In this document: piece by piece, positions 12,901 through 27,900 of the stretch
Layout: every line of letters begins with the position of its first letter
Numbering within the stretch: position 1 is the first letter of the stretch
Source of the DNA: Octopus vulgaris
Taxonomy: Eukaryota
DNA length: 64,000 nt
Assembly: GCA_951406725.2 (NCBI GenBank)
Contig: OX597814.1
Span: 67,704,001-67,768,000 of the forward strand
Direction: 5' to 3'
Position numbers and translations under genes: made by a program
The notes under the pieces: generated by a model
Seen by the model: only the letters and a program-made list of their open reading frames with translations
The model's database searches: none
What the model was told of the DNA's origin: nothing

Positions 12901-15900
12901 CATTTGGGCAGATAAAATATGAATTCTGTAGACGAGGTCAGAACAGTACTGGAGGAGTACTTTTTGTCACAGACAAATGAATTTTGGAAGATGGTCCTTG
13001 CAAGTCTACCAGATAGATAGAAGAGCACTGCAGAAAACGAAGGAGAGTATATTTTAGATTAAAATAAAACTTTGTTATCTTAATTTTGAAAAATAAAACA
13101 CATTATTTATGGGATGACCCAATATATCAGTATATAAGCTGAATCAGCTGTAGATAACTCAAAATTTCATAGGCATAGAAATGCACCTTACATTTTCAGA
13201 CACACAAAGTTAGAGTAAAGAGGATCTAAAGATGGTTTAGAGATGAGAACGTATGGTGGGCGTTTCATTGGTCTATTCAGATCACATGAATAAACAAATA
13301 AAATAGTAACAACAAATATTTATGTATGTGCTACCATGTGGTAGAGGAAATACTCTAGACGTGCCAGGTAGTTGATGACTTACAGTGAATCCTTGTTAAG
13401 GTAGCTAGCAGATAAAGTGAAAATCTAAGCCAAGAGTGTTGACTGTCATTGACGCAAGTGTTGTAGGGTGGTATGTTCTTAGTGTGCTAGGTGAGTGCTG
13501 CTCACCCACCAAAATTGACAAATTCATCATGATTAAGCTTACTCATAATAACATCAATAAAGCTAATTTTTCTATACCTTGTTGTAAAATATTGCAGCTA
13601 ACACTGAGCACTTCATAATTAAGTGTATATGTATTTGGCTAATGATAGCATAATGGAAAAGTATCAAACATAATACTGAAGATAGCAAGATTTTACATCG
13701 TTTATTATTCACTTTCACAAATCCTTCTAAGAAATGTAGCCTTTCTCCCTAGCACTTCACATTACCCCACTCATTAAGCTCTATCTGAATTCATTCACCC
13801 ACTCAACTCCTTGTTTTATGTATCTATATTCAGCTTGTTGCCTAACTTTTTCACTTGGTTTATGGCAGGGCTTTATAAGTGTTTAACTCTAGGTCCTGAG
13901 AAGCATCTAAGAAGTCAACTTTATGAGATTTGTAGGAACCGTGATTCTAAGCCTCCAGCCCATCAGGAATAACCGCAGAGATGCTTAAAATATTTGGCGG
14001 TGTCGGCTATAGTCTAGTCACCCGTATAGATGATAGATGAAGGAGTCATACCCAATGACTGGTGTAGCGGCACCATAGTCAACTGCTACAAAGGTAAAGG
14101 TGATGCATTAGATACAAATAATTACAGAGGTATCAAGTTGTTGGATCAGACAATGAAAGTCATGGAGAGGGTCATAGCCCAACTAATTAGGAAGATAGTC
14201 AGTTTAGACAAGATGCAGTTTGGGTTTGTACAAGGGAAAAGCACCGCTGATACTATATTTCTAGTAAGACAGCTGCAGGAGAAATACCTAGCCAAGAATA
14301 AACCTCTGTACCTGGCTTTCGTTGACATGGAGAAAGCCTTTGACAGGGTCCCTTGATCCCTTATCTGGTGGTCAATGCGGAAACTAGGGATAGATGAGTG
14401 ATTAGTGAGAGTCATGTACAGGGATGCTGTCAGTAAGGTGAGGGTTGGCAATGAGTACAGTGAAGAATTCCAGGTAGGGATCCACCAAGGATCAATCCTC
14501 AGCCCCCTCTTATTCATCATAGTCCTCCAGGCAATAACAGAGAAATTCAAGAGAGATTGCCTCTCAGAGCTTCTTTACGCTGATGTCCTCGCTCTAATAG
14601 CTGAGTCACTATCGGAACTAGCAAGGCCTAGAATCGAAGGGCCTTAGAGTCAATCTAGCAAAAACCAAAGTCTTGATAAGTAGGAAAGCAGACAAATCAC
14701 AAATCCCTTCAGGTAGAGGGCCCTGCTCGATCTGTAGAAAAGATGTAGGCAAAGACTCCATAAGATGTAGCTGGTGTAAGCTATAGACACATAAAAGGTG
14801 TGGCAATATCAAAGGAAGCTGAGAAGATAGTTTTTATGTGTGGCAAATGCTCAAAGGCAATAAACACTGAAGATGTACAGAAAACAGCTCCCGTCACATG
14901 CTAGCAGGGGAAACTAGAAGTAGTTGATAGCTTCCGTTACCTAGGTGACCAAGTCAGTAGTGGGGGGGGGGAATGCTCTGAGAGTGTAGCTGCTAGAATA
15001 AGAATAGCCTCTGAGAGAGCTTCCACCTCTGCTGGTGACAAAGGGCCCCACAGTCAGAGTAAAAGGTAGACTGTATGACGCATGTGTGCGAACAACCATG
15101 CTACATAGCAGTGAAACATGGGCCGTGACTGCTGAGGATATGCGTAAGCTTGCAAGGAATGAAGCGAGTTTGCTCCACTGGGCGTGTAATGTCAGTGTGT
15201 GTACACGACAGAGTGTAAGCACCCTGAGAGAAAAGTTGGACATAAGAAGCGTCAGATGTGGTATGCAAGAGAGACGACTGCACTAGTATGGTCATGTGTT
15301 GAGTATGGATGAGGACAGCTGTGTGAAAAAGTATCACACCCTAGCAGTAGAGGGAACTTGTAGAAGAAGACAGTACTGTCTGATTGGCACCCATGCTGGT
15401 GGCACATAAAAAGCACCATTCGAGCATGGTCGATGCCAGTGCCACCTGACTGGTCCCAAGCCGGTGACACATAAAAAGCACTATTGGAGCGTGGTTGTTG
15501 CCAGTGCTGGCTGACTGGTCCTGTGCCGATGGCACATAAAAAGCACCATTCAAACATGGTTGATGCCAGTACTACCTGACTGGCCCTCGTGCCAGTGGCA
15601 CGTAAAAAGCACCCACTACACTCTTAGAGTGGTTGGTGTTAGGAAGGGCATCTAGCTGTAGAAACTTTGCCAGATCAGATTGAAGCCTGGTGCAGCCATC
15701 TGGCTTACTAGCTCTCAGTCAAACCGTCAAGCCTATGCCAGCATGGAAAACAGATGTTAAACGACGATGATGATGATCAAGTGTATATATATTACAGCTG
15801 TAGGATATACCTAATCCGTCATCTCAATATAACTAATATCACAAGAAGAGAATTTAGTAAATGATTTGTCTAGCAAGGGATAACAAACAACTTTGACTTT

Positions 15901-18900
15901 TTTATCAACTGCATAAGCAACTTAGTTTGAAGGCATTTTCATGTCTTGCTTCTAGCATATTTTGTCTCTACAGGTTTCAGCTTAACTATCTTGCTGTCAG
16001 CTAACATCAACAGAGTGGATAATATTGAAATAAATTACCATAGAAAAAAAACAAAAAAAAACTCATTCACATTGTATAAACACAGAAAAGTTGTAACATC
16101 TACACATACCTTAAGATATATCATTAAATAAAACAAAAAAATCACAGAAAACTTGAAAATCCTCTTACCTGAGTGTTTTGTAAGGTTTTGTTGATAAATC
16201 TAAATCAAACCAACTCAAGTGACAGTCATAACTGCCAATAATAAGATTATCACCTGAAATTTAGAATAGATAAAAGAATAAGTAAAACTCATATCACTGA
16301 AAACACTAACAAAAAGAATTGTTTATTGAGCTTGTAGGAAATGCTTATTAATCCTTTTATAACCCAACAACCTATGTGTCAGCAAAATCTCAAATATGGC
16401 ATTACACAGAACAATCATTGCATATTTGATAAAGGTAACCTATGCTTAATAAAAGTAGACAATTTTGTCTCAGAAATACTTTCAGTCATTACCAAACACA
16501 GAAAAAGATGTTTAGAACATTATGATAAAAGGAAAAAACAAAACAAAAAGAATAACTGTCAAGACATGACACTTATTCCTTTTTGGTTTAGTCTACCTAG
16601 ATTTAACCCTTTAGTATTTCAATTGACCAGATCTGGCCAAAATATCCCTACCTGTTTTATATTCAAACTGACTAGATTCAGCATCTTACACCTACTATAC
16701 AATGTCATTCTAAAAATTTATACTCATATCATTGAAATCTCAAAGCAGTGAGACACTATATGATTAATTCAAACCAGTTTGAATAAATAAGCATGATGTT
16801 TGATAGGACAGAGTAATTTGAAAGCCAAAGGATTAAAATTTGACAAATTTCATAGGTCAGCAATGTCAATTCAATCCCTTTTTAAGAACTTTCTGTAGTT
16901 GACCATCATCCTAATGAAAGGAACATTTATCTCTTACCCAGTACTCAGATATCAGCACTTGCAATACAGAACATAGTAATTAACTAAGCCATTAGAAAAT
17001 TTAAGACAATGAAAATATCACATTCTAAACTCAAATGAAATAATATAGTCTCACTTATTTTACCTTGCTCTTGTGCTTGCATAAAGTAAATTATTCAAAA
17101 CACACACACATTCTCATTTTTTAGAAATTAGTTTAACATTCAGCAGAGCCACTCTCATAGATCATATTGCAATTAATGAGGTAAAAGTGATGAGAGATAT
17201 ATTAAGTGATTCTGTCTCAGATGAAAATGTATGATAATTACAAGTGTACACAAACTTTAACTTACAACAAGTCATGCATAAAAAACCAGTGAGAAGTTGA
17301 CCACTCACCCACCTATCCATCTATCTGTATATGTATCTTAGCATTTATCCACCACCAACAGCTTGACAACCAGTGTTGGTGTGTTTACATCCCCATAAAG
17401 AGACCAACAGAACAAGTACCAGATTAAAGAAATATACACATATGTAGAGGCATGGGTGTGTGGTAAGAAATTTGCTTCCCAACAGGGTTCTGGGTTCAGT
17501 CCCACTATGTGGGACCTTATGCAAGTGTCTTCTACTATAACCTCAGGCTAACTAAAGCTATGTGAGTGGATTTAACAGACAGAAAGTGAAAGACAGCTGA
17601 TATATATATATCAGAATCGAAATCGTTCAATGGAAATTGCAGATGTGTTACCAGTGCCGGTGGCATGTCGAAACTCTACTTGTGAAGACCTGTTGAGGCA
17701 AGTGAGGATCAGAATCGAAATCGATCAATGGAAATTGCAGATGTGTTACCAGTGCCGGTGGCATGTAAGAGAACCTTCCGTTTCGCGACCGTTGCCAGCA
17801 CCGCCCCGACTGGCCTCGTGCCGGTGGCACATAAAAAGCACCATCCGTTCGTGGCCGTTTGCCAGCTCTCTCTGGCACCTGTGCGGGTGGCACGTAAAAA
17901 GCACCCACTACACTCACGGAGTGGTTGGCATTAGGAAGGGCATCCAGCCATAGAAACACTGCCAGATTTGACTGGGCCTGATGAAGCCTTCTGGCTTCAC
18001 AGACCCCAGTAGAACCGTCCAACCCATGCTAGCATGGAAAACGGACGCTAAACGATGATGATGATGATGATGATGATATATATGCGCTTGGCTTAGATTT
18101 TCCTTTGGGGCTGGTCAGGTCGGAGCAATCTCAAAATTAATCAGCCGAAATTGCGACGATGATCCGGTTCTTGACTGAAGATTGAAGGCTTCGAATGTCC
18201 CGTCCGTGTTTTTTGTGTCGTCTTCTAAATGTTTCACGTTCTTGTCCCAGTTTGTATTTTTTCACTTTTACACATATATATATATGTTGTGTGTGTCTTT
18301 GTGTTTGTCTTCCACCACTGCTTAACAACTGGTGTTGGTGTGTTTACACCCCCATAACCTTGCAGTTCTCCAAAAGTGACCACTGAAATAAGTACCAGGC
18401 TTACAAAAGAAAATTAGTACTGGGGTCAATTCATTCAACTGAAAAATTCTTCAAGGGTGGTGCCCTAGCATGGCTGCAGTATAATGACCAAAACATAAAA
18501 GAAAAGATAATACGTTTGAACACAAGTCCAGCCTATCAGACGTTGAGAGATGAAGAAAGTGCAGAGGAGGGAGAGAAAAAAATTAAATAAAGATGAAAGA
18601 AAAATTTTGAAATATAAATGGTGAAAGAATGTAAAAAAATAGGTACAAGCTAGAATTTTAAAGGAGTTAATTTTTGCAAGGGGAATTGTTTTTAGTACAT
18701 GTAATCAGGCACTGACCTCCTGGATGAAGTGCAATACTAGAGACCCACTTAACATTGGTCATCAGTTTCTTCACCATTTCTTGTTTCAACAGGTTATATA
18801 TCCTCACATAGCGTTGAGTCTACAAAAGATAAGAAGAATAACAACATTCACTAAAGAAATTTGGTAAGGCATCAGGCCAAATGAAGGAAAACTACTCCAA

Positions 18901-21900
18901 AAGAAACAGCTGCAAGTAAGGACTGAAATAGGACCACAAGTTGAATTTGTTAGAGCTTCTTAATGGTAAACTCTGAGTTCTGAATGTATTTCAACTCAAC
19001 CTTATTCATAGCTCTTGCTGATTCAACAGGAGACTTAGAGCCTCTCATGCTGAAGAAAATAGGCCTACTAGCCTTCAAGTTCAAATGCACTTCTGGCAGT
19101 ACAATGTGTATTTGGACAGTACACTTATTTCCATCTGGATGATTAGAATAGGTACTACATGGCTGTGTATTAAAATCCATACACATCATCTTATCAAGAA
19201 GATTTAACACCATCAAACCAGAGCATAGCATTTATACTCTCCTACTGTAGATACAAAGCAGCACTGACATTGTGGCACAAACTTTTGACTTGTCAGAGGT
19301 TAAGACAATGCATTATCAAGTTTCCACTCACTAAGAATTTAATACACTGCCAGCTGATTACAATGAAAATAAGGATTTTTCACTTTTGTAGAAGAGAAGG
19401 GAATATAGTTAGTTGATTGATCCCCAATATAAGCAGTATGCTAAACTACATTCTGTGAGACACCTTGCTATAATGCTTCCCTACAACTGGTACAATCTCT
19501 AAAAACCATTTCATAAATAGACTAGAAGTATTAATCATTTCAATACCAAGCCTGCTGTAACTGCCTGAGAATCAAAATGGTAAATAATATCAGCCTGTCT
19601 GAAACCAGTCATAATGACCAATTCATATTTAAATGAGAATTTCAGTACAAATCTCATTAGTACATTCATGAAAACATGTGATTTCACTACATAAACAATT
19701 GAGTTACAGTAGCCGACATTATTTAACATGATGTCTGACTTCTGTGAATTTTTGGAGATTTTCCTCACATTTTTTCTACATCATTGTTTTAAAAACTTTT
19801 AATACTGGCAAAGAAAGGATAACAGTTTTATGTTGTCAAGTAGTGAACCAGGGCCATATATTATTTTTTGACTGGTTTTTCAGTTCAGTCACACTTGTGA
19901 ATTTAGAATCTTTAGCAACATATACATACTCTACAGTTGTTGCAAGTAGGAAAGGGGTGCTGTTGGATATAAAAAAAGAGGTGAAATAATCCAACAGCAG
20001 AAACAAAACTTGCTAGTGACTGTACAAAGATAAGATACAAATCAATTTTCTATCTAGCAGTGCACAATCACAAGTGGATGAAAATGGCATTCCATTTGTG
20101 AACCTCAATTATAAACAAGTACATGGGTGGTGTAGATTGGCAGAATCAGATGATGAGCTATTATCTGGTCTGCCAAATGTGTAATAAATGGTGGCAATAC
20201 CTGGTTTGGTCTATAGTAAATACAAACATTGTTAATGCAAATTATACACCAGATCAGGAGGGGCTTGAAAGTGATGTGACTATCAGCAGTTCCAACCAGA
20301 TGTAGCAATGCAGTTGAAAGCTGGTTTTCCTTCCAAAAAATAACTGTTGGAACAAAAACTTAAGCCTGCCAGAGTGATAGCCCTATGACTTTGGCTCATC
20401 TCCATAAATTAGAGAAAAACGAGGGTCACAAAAGGTAGTGCTGTGAATGCCTTCATAAAAAAAAAAAGGCTCCCATTGGAAAAGCTATTGAAACAAATTT
20501 CCAATGTGCATTCTGCAAAGTTGTATTAAATTACCATGATAGAAATATTGTGTGAATTATATGTATACGATCTGATTTTATAAATTTTGTTTCTTCAAAT
20601 TTCATTTTCATTTTTCATTTATGTCATTTCAATTTACCGGCAATGTAAGAGACAAATTTTGATCAATTTGCATTGTGAATCATCATGTTTCTAAGTATTT
20701 ATGTATGTGTTTGAGTGTATTTCATTTTCTAGTTTTCTTCAAAGAGATTCCAGAATTTTATCCTTTATTGCTATGCCTGTCTTATATGCATTTAAGCTCA
20801 ACTGATAATCCAGTAATGTGCACAATTCTTTGATTCTAAAATTTTGTTGTATACCCAATTGAATATTAAATGGCTAATAACTAATTTTCTTTGATGATGT
20901 TTAAACAAAATTGAAAGAATTTTATATCTAGTTGAATTATCCCGTATCTACCTGTAATTTAGAGACTCTAAGACAAAAATTATGCAACAGATTTAAGAAC
21001 CTCTAGCTAAGTTACTATAATCCAAAAACCACAATATGTTGCTAAATAAAAGTCAGAAATGTTTTAGGAAACCAGTCTAAATTCATAACTATAATAGAAT
21101 TTAACTGAAAGGGGTGCATTTTGGTTAGAAATATAGAAATGAAAGGGTTAAGTATCTTGCTTAACAAAATTTCAAAACTGAAAGTACAACTCGAACACTT
21201 GTCATATTTGCACAGGTTATCCCATCCTTCTCAGCCTCCTTTACTCATTACTCATTCCCCTTTATCCATAGCAGTATTGTTAGTCACTCAGCAATGGCAT
21301 CTCACTTCTGTTTTTTCACTTGCTGGATAAATGGTACATGTCAGATGAAGTTTAGCTAAAGAGGATAATAAAACATCCATCTGACAATCTCCCTGCTCAA
21401 CCATCCAATGGCACTACACACTGAACTTGTCATAGCCACTAGCAAAACTGGTATACTATCCAAGGAAAGACTTGTCTCTTCTGATTAATGCCACAGAAAT
21501 CACTGGCTCATTCAAATGCAAAAATCAGTGAAAGACTATGGATGATAAAACAACAATTCAGTACTGGACAAACAATCATATCAGATAACTAAGACTATGT
21601 TGAGATCAGTCACAAATGGACATCTCCATTTAATTGTGAATAGACTGTCTTTTTAGGGGATGTTTTAGACTACATAATTTGATGTATCTTTTCTTTATTC
21701 TTTTTTTTTTAAGATAATAGGATGTGATTTGTTTGCTATTTTTAGTAGGTTGGGTGAGTGCATAGCAGCATCTTGTTGTCGTCATCAGTTTGCAGTACTG
21801 GGATGACCACTTCCTGTGAGTATAGAAATAATTATCTAATTATCAACTGAAGTGATCACTCAATGATTACTATTTCTGGTTCTGAAAATATTTGGATGGG

Positions 21901-24900
21901 CTACAAACAGAATTTAAATGTGATACTTACTGCAACAAATAACAGGGGTTTTACAGGATGGAAAAGTACACGCTGGACTATGCCTTTTGACTTTGAAAAT
22001 GGATTCTGTTAAAGAAAAAATAATTAGTGAAAACAATAGTAATAATCCTTATTATGATAAATTAAACTATGTAACTCTTTAGTTCCTGATACACCCATGC
22101 ACAAAAAAGAGGGTGGTTTTCATCATAGTTCTATTCAATTAATATTGATCTAAGTTTAAACAAATATATTTATTTTGACCCAACAAGGGACAGACTCTGC
22201 ACAGTTACTCCTGTCCTTCAAATAACAACTTACAGCCTTAAATTATAAAAAACACACTGTGTGTGAACACATACACATTTACCATCATCATTTAATGTTT
22301 GTCTTAAATTCTGGCACAGGTTGGACACTTTGACAGGAGCTGGTAAGCCTGAGGACAGAACCAATCTCCACTGTCTACTTTGGCATGGTTTTATGCTTGG
22401 ATACCTTTCCTAATGCCAACCACTTTGCAAAGTGGACTGAGTGCTTTTTACATGTGACCAACACCAGTGAGGTCACCAATTAAATAAATTCAAAATAACT
22501 TAAGAAAAGTTAAGCAGTTTGAAGTTGGACGAAAAAAACTGCTTTAGAGAATTTAGAATTTACATAAACAACATATTCACTATCATTGGTTTAAGTCAAA
22601 GGAAATTTGTGTTGATTTTGTTACATAAGTAGTTTCAAGGCTTCATATTTATAGAAGGAAAAGGAGATTGCTAGACATTCATACCTTCCCATGACTGTTA
22701 ACAATGAAGTGAAATGGCAAATCAAAACCAGATCATGGACTAAGCACAAATCAATTCTTGAAAGTGGTATCAAGTTTAAACTTTAACAAACAGACAAAAT
22801 AAAAAGGAAGTAAATGCATATTACTGACCTGTGACCTTCTTTTTGTCAACTGATGAATTAAAACAGCCACGCTATGGGCTGATGGCATCACAGATGTAAA
22901 ATAGTCACCTTTGGCATGCCATGACACATGGTTTACTTCCTATGAAAATAAAAACCAAAAGCAATTCTGTTTCAGATATTTTTTCTTTCACTATTCCAGC
23001 TGCATCTTATAAACTATCACAAAATAGTTTAGTTCACTGATTACCTAAATTTAGGTAACTATTCCTTCCCATGTATCCTTTTTAAAACAATGCATTAGCT
23101 TGATTATACATCGCACCACAGAGCATGTGATGTAATCCATTTTCTGTTATTAAGCAAAATTAATCTTGGACCTCAAGGACTGTTGGAGACCAAAACCCAA
23201 ATTAAGAGCACACATTTGATTGTGTAATTTGAGAATTTCCTTGGAAGCAGTATCATTAAAACATTTCTTCAAGCAATACATTGTTACATTTAGTACATAT
23301 CATCTTTTGCTTCTTTTAAATTTTATTTACTTCCTACTTATCTAACAAAAACAATTGAAAAAGTAAAGACATTAAATTAGAGGCCAAATCTTCAAGAAAT
23401 AGACATTAATTTTGGTAGTTTATTGTACTTAAACTAAATCCTTACAAGAATGAATATGAAACTATATGTAAATAAACGAGAGGTCAGAAACAAACCTGTG
23501 GATGAATAATTTTCAGTCGAAGTCCAGCATCATACATTTTACCTTCAAATGATTCCCACATAACAAGCTTAGTGTTTTCTGAAAATAACAAACTATATTA
23601 AAATATCTAATATAAACAAAAAAATGAACAAATCATGAAATAGCTATAAAATTTCTGGATTTAGAGCAAATCAGCTTTACACGGTCCTTCCCACTTCATG
23701 ACTGTAAGCTAACAAAATACTCATTTTAACATGTAATCAAATGTACTCTGTTCTACCTATTATACCTAATGGCATATCTTCTAAATGAAAAGTTCACACC
23801 TCACAAAAGGATATGATTAGATGTGGTACTAAGCAGGCTGCTTTGTACCCCATCTAATCAGCCACTTGCATTCAGTATTGAATTAAATGATCACTGACAA
23901 ATATGTTAACAAAAACAGACTCCTTACTTTCTACATTTTCTGCATCTTCAGTGATTGTTTCTGTGGTAACAAAAGATTTTAACAGCTCATCTGTGCCAGA
24001 TACAATAAGTTTATCTACAACACCGGGATTAAGAATAACCACAGACCAGTTACTGCAATATGAAAGACAATAATTATGTTAATTACTTCCTCATCATTTT
24101 CTTTTTTTTCTGATTAAAACCTTTATTTTACATGGTTATTTATTCATTTGAAAACTGTAGACATTTCAGTGAGCTGAGACTTCCCAATATGCAAAAATAT
24201 CATGTTATTTACTTGGAAGGAATTGCTATCTATAGTTTTAAAAATTCCTCAGCAGTACAGAGATATAGAGGGAGAAAAAGGGTAGAGAGGAAGAAAAGAT
24301 AATGAAACAGTTTTATATATACAAGAGACGTTGGGTGAGAAGAGAAAAACCTATTTAGGTGTAGGATGTAAAAATAAGAGTACTCATAGATTTGTTGGAT
24401 ATATTCAAGTTTATATTAGATTACATAAAAAAGTATTCAATATCAATTCCTTCTAAGCAATTACATATTTTTGTACCTTTGCCCGAGGGCATGTTTTCTA
24501 CATGAATATATCTATTATGAATTTATTTATAACATGAATATTAATTATAAATGAAAAACATATAGCATGAAATTAGAAATGTACAAAACTTTCCAGTTCT
24601 TGTATCAATATAAATTTACTCTGTAGGTATGTAGGATTCATCAGGACTTTCAACTAGTATGTATGATTTTTCTCATTTAAAATAAATGCATCCTCATGTG
24701 TTTCATGAGAACACAGCTTGGGTTATAACTCCTACACATTATAATGTATATACTTGAAAAAGTTTGTATCTTTTTTATTGCAGAGCTCTTTTGATTTTCT
24801 ATATAGTATTAGAGAAATACTATACAGCTAAGCACATTAATTGGCTCTTCATTTTATGATAAACCTCTGTAAAGTATAAGAAAACTTTCAAGAAGAGCCA

Positions 24901-27900
24901 CAAGGTCCTGCCTGTTTAAAACACTTGATTTAAGATATGGATTAATAAATATTCTACCTTTAAACTAATTCAAACAACTCATCAGATAATTAACTCCATT
25001 CTCTGATTAAAATCACTATTCTCTTCTATTTCTTGCATTACAGGGCCTTTGGGTCTAATAAATAAAAAAATAAACCAGTACTGTAGTTTAGTATAACTAA
25101 AAAAAATGCTACCCATACCAAAAATATACTCCAAAATTCCTAACAAAGGAAGAAACTGACAGTAATGATGCTCCAGTTGGAGGAGAAATTATTCTTCATT
25201 ATTTCTAATGATTTTATTTTTCTATTGACTGAGGATTAATACTTTAAAATAAAGAAAGAAATCTTACACAACAGCAACTAAAAGACATAGTGATGGGTTT
25301 GGGTTCCAAGCAATACTCTTAACTGTGCCTTCAACAGAAATTGTCTTGAAGCAGCGGCCTGTTGATACTTCCCAAATTTTGATAGTGCAATCATCAGAAC
25401 CTATCATAAATAAATAAAAAAATAAATAAATGCATAGGTTGTGAGTGTGTATGTGTTTATATATATATATGTATATATGTAAAATCTGGAAGCTTAAGGA
25501 TCCTCTGAATGGACAAAGCTTTAGAGATATATTACTTGAAGCTTTTGACAAAAAAGAGGAGGATATAGCATCATATAACATGGAGGACAACTGGAGATTC
25601 CTACTGGACAATCTGTTGAGGGCTACTGACCAGATATATGGCTGGTGCAAAGTCTCTTCTCAACCTATGGTGACATGGTAGTGGAACAATGTAGTTGACA
25701 GGGCCATTAGGGGAAAGAAACAGACACAAAAGGACTGGAAGCATGGTGGTAGCAGAGAACTGTATCAGATTACCAGAAGGGAAGCTAGGAGACAGGTTTA
25801 CTTAGCCAGAGGGGAAGCAGATAAGAAGAAATTTGCCAATGCTCTGTGTTGTGAGGGCCAGAGACTTGACGTGTTTTCATATGCAAGACAGTGTGAGAGA
25901 GAAAATTGTGATGTCATAGGAGAGCAATGTGTCAGCATGGATGACGGCTCACTAGCATTTAAGGATGCTGCAAAGAGAGAGACTTGGAGATGCCACTATG
26001 AAAAGTTGCTAAATGAAGAGAATGAATGGGAGAAAGAGAGTCTGCTGAATGCCGACCCAGCTATCCAAATTGACAGTATCTTGGTAGATAAAAGCAATTA
26101 AGGATATGAAGACAGGAAAAGCCCCCAGCACATCAAGAATCACTGCTGAGATGCTAAAAAGATCTGGCAGTGTAGGCTATAGTCTAGTCACCTGTATAGC
26201 TAACCTGGAGATACACGAAGAAGTCATACCAAATGACTGGTGTAGCAGCACCATAGTCAACTACTACAAAGGTAAAGGTGACACCTTAGATAGAAATTAC
26301 AGAGTTATCAAATTGTTGGATCAGGTGATGAAAGTCGCAGAGAGGGTCATAGCCCAACTAATTAGGATGAGAGTTAGTTTAGATGAGATGTTGTTTGGGT
26401 ACGTGCTAGGGAGAAGCACCACTGATACTATATTTCTGATAAGACAGCTGCAGGAGAAATACCTAGACAAAGATAAACCCCTGTACTTGGCTTTTGTTAA
26501 TATGGAGAAAGCCTTTGACAGAGTCCCCTGATCCCTTATCTGGTGGTCAATGCGGAAACTAGGGATAGGTGAGTGGTTGGTGAGAGCTGTACAAGCCATG
26601 TAGAGGGATGCTGTCAGTAAGGTGAAGGTTGGCAATGAGTATAGCGAAGAATTCAGGATAGAAGTAGGGGTTCATCAAGGATCAGTCCTCAGCCCACGCT
26701 TGTTCATCATAGTCCTCCAGGCAATAACAAAGGAATTCAAGACAGGCTGCCCCTGGGAGCTCCTCTATGCTGATGACCTTGCTCTAATAGCTGAGTCACT
26801 ACCAGAACTAGAGAAGTAGTTTCGGGGGTGGAAGCAAGGTCTAGAATCGAAGGCCCTTAGAGTTAACCTAGCAGAAACCAAAGTCTTAGTAAGTAGGAAG
26901 GCAGACAAATCACAAATCCCTTCAGGTAGATGGCCCTGCTCAATCTGTAGAAAAGGAGTAGGTAGAAACTCTATAAGATGTACCCAGTGTAAGCTATGAA
27001 CACATAAGAGCAATATCAAAGGAAGGTTACCTGGGAAGATTGTTTTTGTGTGTGGAAGATGCACAGGTGCAAGAAACACCGAAAATGTACAGAAAACAGA
27101 TCCCATTACAAGCCAAGGGAAAAACTAGAAGTAGTTGATAGCTTCCGTTACCTAGGTGACCAAGTCAGTAGCGGGGGTGGATGCTCTGAGAGCATAGCTG
27201 CTAGAATAAAAATGGGCTGGCAAAGTTCAGAGAGCTCCTACATCTGCTAGTAACAAAGGGCCTAAGTAAACTGTATTATGCCTGTGTGCAAACAGCCATA
27301 CTAGACAGCAGTGAAATATGGGCTATAGCTGCTGAGGATATGAGTAGGCTTGAAAAAAAAATGAAGCTAGTATAATCTGCTGGATGTGTAATGTCAGTGT
27401 GCATGCATGACAAAGTGTAAGCATCCTGAGAGAAAAGTTGGACATAAGAAGCAATCATATGTGGTGTGCAAGAGAGATGACTACGCTGGTTTGGTCATGT
27501 GATGCTTATGGATGAGGATAGCTATGTGAAGAAGTGTCATACCCTAACAGTGGAGGGAAACTGTGGAAGAGGTTGACCCAGAAAGACATGGGATGAGGTG
27601 GTGAAGCACAAACTTCAAACATTGGGCCTCACAGAGGCAATGACAAGCAGTCGAGACCTTTGGAAACATGAGAAGTCCCAGCAAGCCAAGTGAGATAAGC
27701 CGATGCCGGTGTTGCATAACTGGCCTGTTTAAAAGCACCCTTCAATTGTCGGGTGATATGCTGTACTTGTGAAGACTTATTGAACCAAGTGAAATCATAG
27801 TTGTGGCTGATGCCAGTGTGGGTTGACTGGCACCTGAGCTGGTGGCACATAAAGAGCACCATTCAAGCATGGCCAATACTAGTGGCACATAAAAAAGCAC

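Larger units (their letters stand above)
17447..18510 (+). mobile_element. tRNA-derived SINE with central (TA)n/(TG)n, split by nested insertions
   Basis: A-box-like GTGTGGTAAG and B-box GGTTCAGTCCC; body resumes at ~18285; a similar body occurs at 9420-9640. Confidence 0.65.

Noticed and set aside
15386-15612. Repeat-spacer-like array resembling CRISPR
   Set aside because: Eukaryotic LINE 3'UTR units with mutually similar spacers; no cas genes.
17978-17984. CTGATGA in the RTE 3' terminal block (also ~58187) as a hammerhead core
   Set aside because: Other copies read CCTGGTGCAG here, and no matching GAAA or stems were found.
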